Shown here in pieces: positions 18,081 to 28,800 of a stretch of DNA of 64,000 bases. The DNA lies in assembly GCA_026391075.1 (NCBI GenBank), contig JAPLES010000018.1:229-64228 (forward strand). Reading direction: 5' to 3'. This stretch comes from Bacteroidota bacterium (GTDB lineage: Bacteria > Bacteroidota > Bacteroidia > Chitinophagales > LD1). The position numbers and the translations under genes are program-made. Position 1 is the first letter of the stretch, and the number at the start of each line of letters is the position of its first letter. Below the pieces are notes generated by a model. That model searched no databases, was not told where the DNA came from, and saw only the letters and a program-made list of their open reading frames with translations.

Positions 18081-20435
18081 ATGCAGAAGATTTACTCCTT
18101 AATGATTTTCGTTTTGCTCTTGAATAGTGCTTATAGCCAAAAGGCAAAAGTGATGGGAACTGTGCGCGATGAGCACGACAGTATTATGATTGGAGTTACA
18201 GTAGCCGAAAAAGGGACTGCCAATGGAACAGTAACTGATATGGATGGCAAGTACACGCTTGAAATCGAATCAGGCACTCATATTTTGGAGTTCCGCTTTG
18301 TAGGTTATGAAAGCCGTACTTTCCCTGTTACCAGTTTTGATACTAAAGATAAATACCTCCAAGTAAAAATGGGTGAGGATGTCAAAGAACTCGACATTCT
18401 TGTTGTTACAGGATCCAAGTATGAAAAGAAATTGAGTGAAGAAGTGGTTTCTATGGAAGTACTTAAAGCAACCACCATTAACCAAAGCAGTGCAAAGATG
18501 GACGAAGCTATGAATAAAGTACCGGGGGTAAATATGCTGGGTAAAACGATTTCTATTAGAGGAGGAAGCGGATTTAGTGATGCTACCGGAAACCGTGTAT
18601 TGGCTTTGCTCGATGAAATGCCCATCATTAGTCCCGAGAACGGAAGTATAAGATGGGAGACTGTTCCTATCGAAGCATTAGAGCAGGTGGAAGTTATCAA
18701 AGGTTCTTCTTCGGCTCTGTATGGCTCATCGGCTTTAAACGGTGTGCTCAACATGCGCACCATAAATCCAAAACCGGAAATGGTAAACAAACTTTTACTC
18801 AACTTTGGTTTTTATGATGAGCCCCGACAACTTACTTGGAGTAATTGGTGGAAACGCAAAAGTATAAATAGAAGAGGTGATACCATTCAACACGTTGAGC
18901 ATCCTATGTTTGGGGGCGGACAGTTTTTACATGCAAAACAATATGGCGATTTTGGGATTGTAGTTTCAGGTGCTTATAACCAAGATCAGGGCTTTCGCCA
19001 AAACAACGATTATAAACGAGTTCGTTTGAGTACGAAGTTGCGCTACTCACCTCACAAATTGGCTAACCTCACCATTGGTATCAATGCCAATTTCTTTCAT
19101 GAAAACCTAAAAGATTTTTTCATTGCTTCCGGAACCGCCACACGCATGTATGTGCCGGCCGAAATTACACTCACTCGTACGCGCACTTTCAATATTGACC
19201 CTTATGTAAATTATTACGATAAACACGAAAATCGTCATAGTATAAAGTTTAGAGTTTATAACACTATGTATAACTCGAATGCCGGTGTGGCTGCAGGTGG
19301 TTCAGGTGATAGCACACTTTCTACACAATACTATTTCGACTATAGTTTTCTGCGTAACTTCAAAAAAATACATTTAGTAATTACAGCGGGCACTAATGGA
19401 TATTACTCGCTTATTAAGGGTAGAACATATGGCACACTCACTAGTGCTTATTATAACACAAGACCAGTTATGGGTGTTTCAGCATACATACAAGCCGAAA
19501 AGAAGTTTTTCAATAAACTTACTCTTTCAGGAGGTATGCGTTTTGAGTTTGCCCAGTTAGATACGGCTATCGTTTATTATCCGTTTCATTCTTTCCACGG
19601 AATGACCAAGACATATACTTCCAGTTCTCCAATTGCACCACTCTTTCGTTTTGGTTTAAATTATCAGGCCACCGAAGGAACTTTTATTCGCGCCTCTATC
19701 GGTCAAGGTTTCCGTTATCCTTCGTTGGCCGAAAAATTTATTCATACCATAAGAAGCGGGGCAGAAGTTTTTCCTAATCCGCAATTAAGACCTGAAAGCG
19801 GATGGAGTGCTGAAGTAGGAATTAAGCAAGGTGTAAAGTTTAGCAAATGGATGGCTTACTTTGATGTGGCTGGTTTTATTATGCAGTACCGTGATATGAT
19901 AGAGTTTCAGAATTATGAAACCGATTCAGTTACGCACGGCATTCCCTTTCAAGCTATAAATGTGGAGCATGCCCGAGTAATGGGAGTAGAAATTTCGGCT
20001 GTAGCAAACGGAAAAATTTTCGGTATACCGCTCAACTTCTTAATTGGCTATACTTATCTCGACCCAGAAAATTTAGATTACGATCCTACCAATCCCAATT
20101 CAACCAAAATTCTGAAATACCGGATTCAGCATTCGGCTAAAGTTGATATTCAAACAAACTACAAAGGCTTAACCTTAGGCATTAGTGGTTTCTATAACAG
20201 TTTTATGAAGAACATTGATAACGGAGCAATAGGTGCGCTATCGGTAGTAAAAGAATTTCGCGCTACACATAACAAAGGTGCGTTTGTAATGGATGTGCGT
20301 GCCGGTTACAGTTACAAGGAGAAAGCCACTTTCGTGTTCATTTGCAAAAACGTTTTGAATACAGAATACATGCTTCGTCCCGCTTTAATTGAAGCACCAC
20401 GCAATTATACATTCCAGGTGGGGTATAATTTTTAA
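18081..20435 (+). CDS. TonB-dependent receptor with N-terminal carboxypeptidase-regulatory-like domain
   Basis: Signal peptide. VMGTVRDEHDSIMIGVTVAEKGTANGTVTDMDGKYTL is the CarbopepD_reg domain. The plug region has VEVIKGSSSALYGSSALNGVLN, and the barrel ends in the terminal strand FQVGYNF. Confidence 0.92.
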   Translation: MQKIYSLMIFVLLLNSAYSQKAKVMGTVRDEHDSIMIGVTVAEKGTANGTVTDMDGKYTLEIESGTHILEFRFVGYESRTFPVTSFDTKDKYLQVKMGEDVKELDILVVTGSKYEKKLSEEVVSMEVLKATTINQSSAKMDEAMNKVPGVNMLGKTISIRGGSGFSDATGNRVLALLDEMPIISPENGSIRWETVPIEALEQVEVIKGSSSALYGSSALNGVLNMRTINPKPEMVNKLLLNFGFYDEPRQLTWSNWWKRKSINRRGDTIQHVEHPMFGGGQFLHAKQYGDFGIVVSGAYNQDQGFRQNNDYKRVRLSTKLRYSPHKLANLTIGINANFFHENLKDFFIASGTATRMYVPAEITLTRTRTFNIDPYVNYYDKHENRHSIKFRVYNTMYNSNAGVAAGGSGDSTLSTQYYFDYSFLRNFKKIHLVITAGTNGYYSLIKGRTYGTLTSAYYNTRPVMGVSAYIQAEKKFFNKLTLSGGMRFEFAQLDTAIVYYPFHSFHGMTKTYTSSSPIAPLFRFGLNYQATEGTFIRASIGQGFRYPSLAEKFIHTIRSGAEVFPNPQLRPESGWSAEVGIKQGVKFSKWMAYFDVAGFIMQYRDMIEFQNYETDSVTHGIPFQAINVEHARVMGVEISAVANGKIFGIPLNFLIGYTYLDPENLDYDPTNPNSTKILKYRIQHSAKVDIQTNYKGLTLGISGFYNSFMKNIDNGAIGALSVVKEFRATHNKGAFVMDVRAGYSYKEKATFVFICKNVLNTEYMLRPALIEAPRNYTFQVGYNF

Positions 20436-20491
20436 GAACACAGTTTCCGCAGCATTTAAAGTTTTACTGTTTTAAAAATGAGTTGAAGTTT

Positions 20492-20499
20492 TATATTTG
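20492..20499 (+). promoter_or_regulatory. putative -7 promoter box (TATATTTG) for tRNA-Arg
   Basis: Exact TAnnTTTG match 20 nt upstream of the mature tRNA 5' end. Confidence 0.35.
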
Positions 20500-20519
20500 C
20501 GCTCCTTAAAAACGGGAAT

Positions 20520-20593
20520 GCTCCCGTAGCTTAACTGGATAGAGCATCTCACTACGGATGAGAAGGTTAGGGGTTCGACTCCCTTCGGGAGCA
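20520..20593 (+). tRNA. tRNA-Arg (anticodon ACG)
   Basis: Folded by hand. Acceptor stem GCTCCCG/CGGGAGC, D arm GCTT..GAGC, anticodon stem TCTCA/TGAGA with loop CT-ACG-GA, T arm AGGGG-TTCGACT-CCCTT, discriminator A. No CCA is encoded. Confidence 0.93.
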
Positions 20594-20597
20594 CAGA

Positions 20598-20622
20598 GCG
20601 AGGTAAGTACCTCGCTTTTTTT
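20598..20622 (+). terminator. rho-independent terminator after the tRNA
   Basis: gcgaggta pairs with tacctcgc, followed by T7. Confidence 0.8.
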
Positions 20623-20623
20623 A

Positions 20624-20641
20624 TGCCCTCACCTTAATTTT
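20624..20641 (+). repeat. 18-mer TGCCCTCACCTTAATTTT (copy 1 of 2)
   Basis: 17/18 identical to 30364-30381. It sits immediately after a terminator. Confidence 0.8.
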
Positions 20642-20668
20642 CATGTTATCGCGGAGGGTTAACAATCA

Positions 20669-20699
20669 TTTGCGCAAATAGTTTTTTCGTATAGGTTTG
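20669..20699 (+). promoter_or_regulatory. putative sigma-A promoter of gdh (TTTG-N19-TAGGTTTG)
   Basis: TTTG at 20669-20672, a 19-nt spacer, then TAGGTTTG at 20692-20699, 43 nt before the ATG. The -33 element lies inside the 12-bp palindrome ATTTGCGCAAAT (20668-20679). Confidence 0.45.
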
Positions 20700-20741
20700 C
20701 CGCCCGCTTAAAGCGGACTATTATTTACGAAACAAAAATTT

Positions 20742-22178
20742 ATGGCTGATAAGAATGGTAAAGTGAATCTCAAAAACTTAAGTTTCTCTGACTCTGTTTC
20801 CTATTATTTCGACAAAGCCGCTCCGTTTACGGGCGCACCACAAGGTCTACTCGACCAAATTAAAACCTGCAACAGTATTTACAAAATGAACTTTCCGGTT
20901 AAATACGGAAATGAGGTTCGTGTAATTGAAGCCTATCGTGTGCAACATTCGCATCACCGCATGCCTACTAAAGGTGGTATTCGTTATTCATTGCATGTAG
21001 ACCAGGATGAAGTAATGGCTTTGGCTGCCCTCATGACATATAAATGTGCATTGGTAGATGTGCCATTTGGTGGAGCAAAAGGAGGAATTAAAATTGCTCC
21101 CCGTCAAACCTCCCCCGAGATTCTTGAAAACATAACGCGCAGATATACGACTGAGTTAGTCAAGAAAAATTTCATTGGTCCCGGAATTGATGTGCCTGCT
21201 CCTGATTATGGAACAGGAGAGCGCGAAATGGCGTGGATTCTTGATACGTATGTTACGCTTAACCCCGGTGAAATAAATGGGTACGGTTGTGTAACAGGTA
21301 AACCGGTTTCGCAAAACGGTATTCACGGAAGAACCGAAGCAACAGGAAGAGGAGTGGTGTATGCGCTCAACGAAATTTGTTCGTATGAAGACGACATGAA
21401 GGACATTAAGCTTACAAAAGGATTAGATGGTAAACGGGTGATTGTGCAAGGCTTGGGAAACGTAGGTTATCACACAGCAAGAATTATTCGTGAATACGGT
21501 GCCAAAGTAATTGCCATTGCCGAAGCAGATGGAGCGGTGTATGATGAAAATGGAATTGATGTAGATGATTTGTATAAATATCGTCAGGAAAAAAAATCGG
21601 TAAAAGGTTATCCGAAAGGAAAAGTGATGGCTGATTCTATTTCGGCTCTTGAATTAGATTGCGACATTCTGATTCCAGCAGCACTTGAACGACAAATTAC
21701 TGAAAAAAACGCACCACGTATTAAAGCAAAAATAATTGCCGAAGCCGCTAACGGCCCAATTACTCCTGCTGCTGAACAAATATTGTTGAAGAAAGGTGTA
21801 ATGATTATTCCTGATATTTATGTGAATGCAGGAGGTGTTACCGTTTCTTATTTCGAGTGGTTAAAAAATCTTTCGCACGTGCGCTTTGGTCGTATGCAAA
21901 AGCGTTGGGAAGAAAAACACCAAACCAATTTCATTAAGTTGATTGAAGACCTTACGGGTAAAACTGTTCCTAAAGCGCGCATTGATAGTTTGATTCACGG
22001 TGCCGATGAAATTGACTTGGTGAACAGCGGTTTGGAAGACACGATGATTGAAGCCTATCAGGATATTCGCGAGTTTAAGAAACGCAGAAAATCGGAAATT
22101 GATATTCGCACAGCAGCGTTTGCCGTATCCATTAACAAAATCAAGAACAGCTATTACGCAATGGGAATATTTCCATAA
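20742..22178 (+). CDS. gdh: glutamate dehydrogenase (Glu/Leu/Phe/Val dehydrogenase family)
   Basis: PTKGGIRY, the catalytic-Lys box [10 protein letters not shown], and the Rossmann motif VQGLGNVG. 478 aa. Confidence 0.9.
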   Translation: MADKNGKVNLKNLSFSDSVSYYFDKAAPFTGAPQGLLDQIKTCNSIYKMNFPVKYGNEVRVIEAYRVQHSHHRMPTKGGIRYSLHVDQDEVMALAALMTYKCALVDVPFGGAKGGIKIAPRQTSPEILENITRRYTTELVKKNFIGPGIDVPAPDYGTGEREMAWILDTYVTLNPGEINGYGCVTGKPVSQNGIHGRTEATGRGVVYALNEICSYEDDMKDIKLTKGLDGKRVIVQGLGNVGYHTARIIREYGAKVIAIAEADGAVYDENGIDVDDLYKYRQEKKSVKGYPKGKVMADSISALELDCDILIPAALERQITEKNAPRIKAKIIAEAANGPITPAAEQILLKKGVMIIPDIYVNAGGVTVSYFEWLKNLSHVRFGRMQKRWEEKHQTNFIKLIEDLTGKTVPKARIDSLIHGADEIDLVNSGLEDTMIEAYQDIREFKKRRKSEIDIRTAAFAVSINKIKNSYYAMGIFP

Positions 22179-22237
22179 ACCCCTAAATCCCCTTCCCGAT
22201 AAGGCGGGATGAAACAAAAGGGGACTTTGAAATACAA

Positions 22238-22268
22238 AGCTGTCACAAGGTTGTGGCGGCTTTTTTTA
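22238..22268 (+). terminator. rho-independent terminator after gdh
   Basis: agctgtcacaa pairs with ttgtggcggct (including G-U pairs), followed by T7. Confidence 0.7.
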
Positions 22269-22337
22269 TTGTACGAACGACTCGTATTAAAATGTCATTA
22301 TCAAAATAACTCTACCACTTTTTTATTTTCGCTCCAC

Positions 22338-24164
22338 ATGTGTGGCATTGCAGGATTTATTGACACCCAACTTTCTATAGATTCAAAACGCGATTTGAAT
22401 TTTAAAATGCTGAACAAGATTCTGCATCGCGGCCCCGAAGCATCGAATGTTTTTGTAGAAGATGTGGTTTCGCTAGGTCACAACCGTTTAAAAATTATTG
22501 ACCTTTCTGACGAAGCCAATCAGCCGTTTGAATACGATGATGTGGTGATTACTTTTAATGGCGAGGTTTACAATTACATTGAAGTAAGAGCCGAATTGGA
22601 AAAGAACGGTTTTCGTTTTCGCACCGCTGGTGATACCGAAGTAATTTGCGCGGCCTATAAATTCTGGGGCGAAGATTGTGTAAATCAGTTTATGGGTATG
22701 TGGGCTTTCGCTCTATGGGATAAAACCAAAAAGAAACTTTTTTGTTCGCGTGACCGCTTTGGCATAAAACCGTTTTACTACATTATTGAAGGACAGAATT
22801 TCTATTTCGCTTCGGAGTACAAAGCACTGAAAGAACTTCCTGTTTTTACAAATGATTTGAACGTTGAACAATTGAATCGTGGCTTGCAATTAGGCTGGAG
22901 CCATTACCGAAACGAAACTTTCTACACACAACTCCAATCACTTTTACCTGCACATAATATTGTTTGGCAAAACGGGCAAACAAATATCTCGCGGTATTGG
23001 GATATTGATTTCTCGAAAAACAAATCGAGTTTAAACTGGCAGGAGAAGCAAGAAAAATTCAATTCCTTATTTACCGATTCGGTGCGAATGCATTCGCGTA
23101 GCGATGTGCAAAACGGAACATGCCTTAGCGGTGGATTGGATTCGAGTTCTATTTCATCGGTGTATTCTACTCTCCTACCCAACACGCCTATCAAATCGTT
23201 TTCGATTTTTTATGAAGATGATGTGGATGAGCGCCCGTTTGTGTACGAGGTGGTAAAGAAGTATAAGAACATTGAGCCGTTTTATTTTTCGCCTTCGAAT
23301 ACAGAAATAGCCGACAGCTTTCACAAGATTGCTTACCATGCTGATGTGCCCGTGCTGGGCTCCTCGTATATTTCACAATATTTTTTGATGCAGTTTGCCA
23401 AGAGCAAAGGAGTAACCGTTGCCATTGACGGACAGGGTAGCGATGAATATTTAGGCGGGTATCTGCATTCGTTTTATCGCGTTATAGGCGAAATGATTTC
23501 GAAAGGAAAAGTTTTTGATGCTATATCTTTGCTCAATCAACTAAGCGCGCGCGAAAACTTTAGCGCACAGAAAAAAACAAGTTATGCGATGAAAAGTTTA
23601 GTAGCTGCCTTTAGCAATGAGAACAGTCTTTACAATTTTGAGCTTTCCGCTTTGAATAAATATTTGAAGGAGGATACTGCTGATATGTTTTATGAAAACA
23701 AAACCGGCAACCGCTTCGAAAATTTTCTATATCATATTTTAATGAATACCACGCTGCCTACGCTGTTGCATTTTGAAGACCGCAACTCGATGGCTTTTTC
23801 GCTCGAGAGCCGCGTGCCATTTCTCGACCATCGTTTAGTGGAGTTTGCGTTTACACTTAATCGCGAAGACAAAATAAACGACAAGGCAGAAACAAAATCT
23901 ATTCTGCGCGAAGCCATGAAACCTGTGTTGCCGCGACCGGTGTATGAGCGCAAAGACAAAAAGGGATTTGTAACTCCCGGTGAAGTGAAATGGCTCAACG
24001 GCCCGCTCAACTTTTTGCTTGATATTGATTACTCGCTTTTTTATTGGGTGAAAACAGAAAAGCTGAAAGCTATTGTTGAGGCGCATAAAAATGGTGACAC
24101 TAGTAAAGCTGCGTTTGTGTGGCGTATTGCTGCTACTAATTATTGGCTAAAGAATTTCAAATAA
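22338..24164 (+). CDS. asnB: asparagine synthase (glutamine-hydrolysing)
   Basis: True start is MCGIAGF (Ntn Cys2). PP-loop CLSGGLDSS. The track start at 22209 would read through the gdh terminator. Confidence 0.92.
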   Translation: MCGIAGFIDTQLSIDSKRDLNFKMLNKILHRGPEASNVFVEDVVSLGHNRLKIIDLSDEANQPFEYDDVVITFNGEVYNYIEVRAELEKNGFRFRTAGDTEVICAAYKFWGEDCVNQFMGMWAFALWDKTKKKLFCSRDRFGIKPFYYIIEGQNFYFASEYKALKELPVFTNDLNVEQLNRGLQLGWSHYRNETFYTQLQSLLPAHNIVWQNGQTNISRYWDIDFSKNKSSLNWQEKQEKFNSLFTDSVRMHSRSDVQNGTCLSGGLDSSSISSVYSTLLPNTPIKSFSIFYEDDVDERPFVYEVVKKYKNIEPFYFSPSNTEIADSFHKIAYHADVPVLGSSYISQYFLMQFAKSKGVTVAIDGQGSDEYLGGYLHSFYRVIGEMISKGKVFDAISLLNQLSARENFSAQKKTSYAMKSLVAAFSNENSLYNFELSALNKYLKEDTADMFYENKTGNRFENFLYHILMNTTLPTLLHFEDRNSMAFSLESRVPFLDHRLVEFAFTLNREDKINDKAETKSILREAMKPVLPRPVYERKDKKGFVTPGEVKWLNGPLNFLLDIDYSLFYWVKTEKLKAIVEAHKNGDTSKAAFVWRIAATNYWLKNFK

Positions 24165-24173
24165 CTTCACTGT

Positions 24174-24695
24174 ATGAACTTCGACCCTACGCAAATTCTT
24201 TTCATATCGGTAAAGAGCATTATCATTTATCTGTTTATTGTTTTTGCCATTCGCCTGTTTGGTAAAAAAGAGTTGGCGCAGTTGAGTGTGGTAGATTTGG
24301 TTTTTATTTTGCTCATCAGTAACTCGGTGCAAAATGCTATGGTGGGTCCCGATACTTCGCTGCTTGGCGGCATGGCTGCCGCCACAGGTTTGTTTGTTAT
24401 CAATTACATTTTCAAATGGCTGCTAAAAAAATTTCCAGGCTTTAGCCATGCGGTGCAGGGCGAGGCGTTGCTATTAGTATATCAGGGGAAAGTGAATGAG
24501 AAAAATTTGGAGGAGAGCATGTTGAGCATGGAAGAACTGGAAGCCGCAGTGCGCGAACACGGAGTAGAAAAAATAAGCGAAGTTGATTTAGCCATATTAG
24601 AAGTGGATGGAAACATTAGCGTAATGACAAAAGATTTTAAACATAAAACAGTGCGAAAAAGAAAAGCACATAGAGCCTTACAAAAACAAAATTGA
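24174..24695 (+). CDS. DUF421 (YetF-like) membrane protein
   Basis: Three N-terminal TM segments, LSVVDLVFILLISNSVQNAMVG, and a C-terminal soluble domain. It starts 9 nt after asnB. Confidence 0.65.
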   Translation: MNFDPTQILFISVKSIIIYLFIVFAIRLFGKKELAQLSVVDLVFILLISNSVQNAMVGPDTSLLGGMAAATGLFVINYIFKWLLKKFPGFSHAVQGEALLLVYQGKVNEKNLEESMLSMEELEAAVREHGVEKISEVDLAILEVDGNISVMTKDFKHKTVRKRKAHRALQKQN

Positions 24696-24751
24696 AAACT
24701 ATTTGTGCTTCACTAATTTATTTTGGACACGCTTATTTCTACTTTTGAACT

Positions 24752-25747
24752 ATGGCAGAAAATCATTTGAAATGGTATAACAAAACGCTCCACGAGTATT
24801 TGAGCAATGATGAAATTAAATTGCTCATGCAGAAAAACAATGTGAAAGCATTGTTGGAAATTGCGCATACCTGGTTATGGATTGCCTTCGCTTTTTTTAT
24901 AGCAGGCATGTGGCCCAATCCTTTTACCATTATTATTTCACTCTTTATAATTGGAGGAAAACAATTGGCTTGTGCCATCATACTACACGATTGCTCTCAC
25001 GATAGCGTTTTTACTTCGCGCAGCTTAAATCATTTTGTAGGAAACTGGTTGGGTGCTTATCCTATTTTTAATGATGTAGATAAATATCGACCCTATCACA
25101 CACAGCACCATATCAACACCGGCTTAAATGATGACCCCGATGTGCCGTTGACTGAAGGATACCCAACTACGCGAATAAGCATGACGCGTAAATTTTTGCG
25201 CGATCTCTTTGGCTTATCGGGTTTAAAATCGTTGCTGGGTGTAATTTTTATGCAAATGGGTTTTGTAAAGTATGCGCTGAATGGAAAGGCTGAGCGCCTC
25301 TCCTTAAAAGATAAATCGCTGAGTGAAATTATTTTGAACGCTATTAAAAACATGGCAGGCCCTATTGCAGCAAATGTGATTTTGTTCGGAATTCTTTACG
25401 CGTTTGGTAAACCGTGGTTGTATTTACTTTGGATAGGCGCGCTGCTTACTACTTACAATTTTTGTATTCGTGTGCGCAGTATGGCTGAGCATAGCATGGT
25501 AGATGATTTGCAAAATCCGCACAAGAACACACGCACCACTTATGCAAATTTCGTAGAGCGAATTTTATTTGCCCCCCATCATGTCAACTATCATTCCGAA
25601 CATCATTTGTGTATGGGTGCCCCTTCTTACAATCTTCCGCTCATGCATCAACTTCTTTTGCAAAGAGGATACTATAAAGAAGGAACACTGGAAAAAAATT
25701 ATCTCAGTATTGTGAAGCGAGCCATTGTTTCCACCCCAGTTGTTTAG
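24752..25747 (+). CDS. membrane fatty-acid desaturase family protein (His-box pattern resembling sphingolipid delta-4 desaturases)
   Basis: His boxes HDCSH, YHTQHH and YHSEHH, plus an AEH motif. Confidence 0.8.
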   Translation: MAENHLKWYNKTLHEYLSNDEIKLLMQKNNVKALLEIAHTWLWIAFAFFIAGMWPNPFTIIISLFIIGGKQLACAIILHDCSHDSVFTSRSLNHFVGNWLGAYPIFNDVDKYRPYHTQHHINTGLNDDPDVPLTEGYPTTRISMTRKFLRDLFGLSGLKSLLGVIFMQMGFVKYALNGKAERLSLKDKSLSEIILNAIKNMAGPIAANVILFGILYAFGKPWLYLLWIGALLTTYNFCIRVRSMAEHSMVDDLQNPHKNTRTTYANFVERILFAPHHVNYHSEHHLCMGAPSYNLPLMHQLLLQRGYYKEGTLEKNYLSIVKRAIVSTPVV

Positions 25748-25847
25748 CCTATCGTTGATTTTACAATTGCTTGTGGAATGCCTGCTGCGACCAATCACTT
25801 TACATTTTAAAATTTACATTTGAAGATTCCTTTTATCACACTTAGAA

Positions 25848-28800
25848 ATGAAAAAAAAATACGCACTCCTCTTAGCCTTTTTAATAGGCGTTTTCTCTAT
25901 ATTGAATGCACAAGTTGTTATTAATGAATTTTCGGCTGCCAACAAAACAGTTTATGCCGATGCCAGTGGAAATTATAACGACTGGTTAGAAATTTATAAT
26001 CCTACCGGTGCTACAGTAAATATTGGTGGCTGGTATTTGAGCGATAGCCCGGGCAATTTAACCAAATGGCAAATTACCGCTGGTGTAACCGTAAACGCCA
26101 ATGGATACAAAGTTTTTTTTCTTTCTAATCGCGATGGCGTTTTCAGCGGACAGCAGCATACTAATTTTAAACTAACGCAGTCTGACACATCCGAAATTTT
26201 ATTATTAACAAATACATCGGGCGTAATTGTAGATTCTATAACGGTGCTACCTACCCGCGTAAATCATTCGCGTGGAAGAGCTACCAATGGTGCGGCAACA
26301 TGGAGCGTGTTTCAAACACCAACTCCTAACGCTTCGAACAATACACAAACTGCTTATCCGGCTTATGTTCCTAAAATTCAGTTTTCGCTTCCTGCCGGAT
26401 TTTATGCCGGCACACAATCCGTTTCGCTGGCTTGTTCTATGGCAAATACAACCATTCGTTACACCACCAATGGTGGTATGCCGACTACTGCTTCCACTTT
26501 GTATGCAGGACCAATTTCGGTAAATGCTAACACGGTAATTCGCGCTCGTGCTTTTGATAACAGTAGTGTATATGCAGGAAGTTTTGATGAAACCAATTCA
26601 TATTTCATCAATGAAACGCATACGCTTCCGGTGCTTTCACTTGCCAGCGATGACTTCACTAATCTGTTCAACGACAATGTGAATTTTGCTGCTGGTAGCA
26701 TGGAATATTTCGGCACTAACAATGCACAAATTTTTGAAATAGAAAGTGAGTACTCCCCGCATGGAAATGATTCGTGGGCGTATCCTCAAAAAGGAATGGA
26801 TTTTAATGTGGAAGATGAATACGGAACCGGCAATGAGATTAACTACAAAGTATTTACTACCACTCCGCGCCATCACTATCAATGGTTGATTTTAAAAGCG
26901 GCAGCGTCAGATAACTTTCCGGGCAACTTACCTAACCCTGCAGCACACATACGCGATGCTTATGTACAAACGCTGGCAGAAAAATTTCAACTCAATGTAG
27001 ATTTCAGAAGAATGGAACATTGTTTGGTTTTTATTAACGGGCAATATTGGGGCGTTTATGAAATACGCGATAAGGTAGATGCTGATTATTTTAATTACTA
27101 CTACAATCAGAGCGAAAAATATGTGGACGATTTAAAGTATTGGGGTGGTATGAATGTGCAATACGGAAGCGATACCGCCTGGAACAATCTTTACGACTTT
27201 GTAATTACACACAACCTGGCAATACCTGCTAATTATACTTTTGTAACCGACCGCTTGAATGTAATGAGCATGATTGATGCCGTTGCTATAGGACTTTATA
27301 CCGTTGATAGCGATTGGTTGAATTGGAATACGGCCTGGTGGCGCGGTAGAAAAACACCAAATATTGTAAAATGGAAATACTGGTTGTGGGACGAAGACAA
27401 CACATTTAACCTGGGTGAAAACTTTACAGGTTGGGCTACCACAGATTTTACCGCAAATCCTTGTGATGTAAATTCAGCTAACGGTGGTGGACCAGATTTT
27501 AGCAATCCAAACATTGGTGCGCACATGGGGCATATCGTAATTTTCAATGCTCTTATGCAGAATCCCGATTTTGAGCAGTTGTATATTAATCGTTTTGCCG
27601 ATTTAATAAACAGTGCATTCAATTGCACCAACATGACCAACCATCTTGACACTATGATTGCGCGCATACAACCTGAAATGCAAAGACAATGCACCCGTTG
27701 GGGCGGAAGTTATAATCAATGGACACAAAACGTACAATACCTGCGCGATCAAATTACGGGTCGTTGTACGGTAATTGGTGGCGCAATGGATACTTGCTAT
27801 CATGTAACAGGTCCGTATCCTTTAGTAGTGAATGTATCTCCTGCAACCAGCGGAACCGTTTTGGTTAATACTATTTATCCTCCTGCATATCCGTGGCACT
27901 CTACTTATTTTGGTGGCGTAAATTTAGTTTGCAAAGCCAGCGCAAATCTCGGTTATCAATTTTCGCACTGGACTATTCAAGGGCATACTGTCAATCCGGG
28001 TTTAGGAATGGATAGTATTTGGTTCGATCTCGTAAATTCAGGTGATAGTTTAACTGCGGTTTTTATTCCTGTAACAGATAGTTCCAATTTAGTTGTAATG
28101 GCAAATATTCCAGTAGCCGGAACTGTAAACGTTAACGGGACAGTAGTTTCAACTTATCCCACTTCGTTGACTTATCACAATGATTCTACCATTCAAATTT
28201 CTGCCACAGCAAATGCAGGATACAGTTTTGTGCGTTGGACTTTAATTCACCATACAATTTCACCAAACGATTCATCTATTGCAGCATCGTTTGTTATTCA
28301 ACAGCCCGATACATTACTTGCTACTTTCAAAACAGATTCGGTAAGCCATAACGTATGGTTGAAAGTTTATCCCGATACGCCTGTTTACGGTGGTGATGTT
28401 GCAGTAAACGGAACAACCTATACTACTCCTAACTACACGCTTATTTCAGTGGCCTATGGAACTATCTTGAGTTTAACACCAATTGCAGCGCCCGGGTTTC
28501 GATTCTTTAACTGGCATATAGTTCATGCGGCATCGTTACCTACCGATACTTCGAATCCCATGAACTGCACCATCACTCAGGCCGATACTATTTATGCTTT
28601 TTTTGTTCCACTGCCTCCCGATACTTTTACCTTAACCGTATTAGCAAACTTGCCTGCAGGTGGAAATGCAAACGTAAATGGAACAGTAGTTTCTTCTTAC
28701 CCAACTCAAATCCGTTATGAAAACGGAACACTTGTAACTATTTCTGCCACTCCAAATGCGGGATTCAATTTTGTAAACTGGACTTTACTTCATCATGTGC

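Noticed and set aside
20520-20741. tRNA-Arg 3' flank as an integration site for a genomic island or prophage.
   Set aside because: The tRNA is followed by its own terminator and then the core gene gdh. There is no integrase, no direct repeat of the tRNA 3' end and no phage genes in the window.
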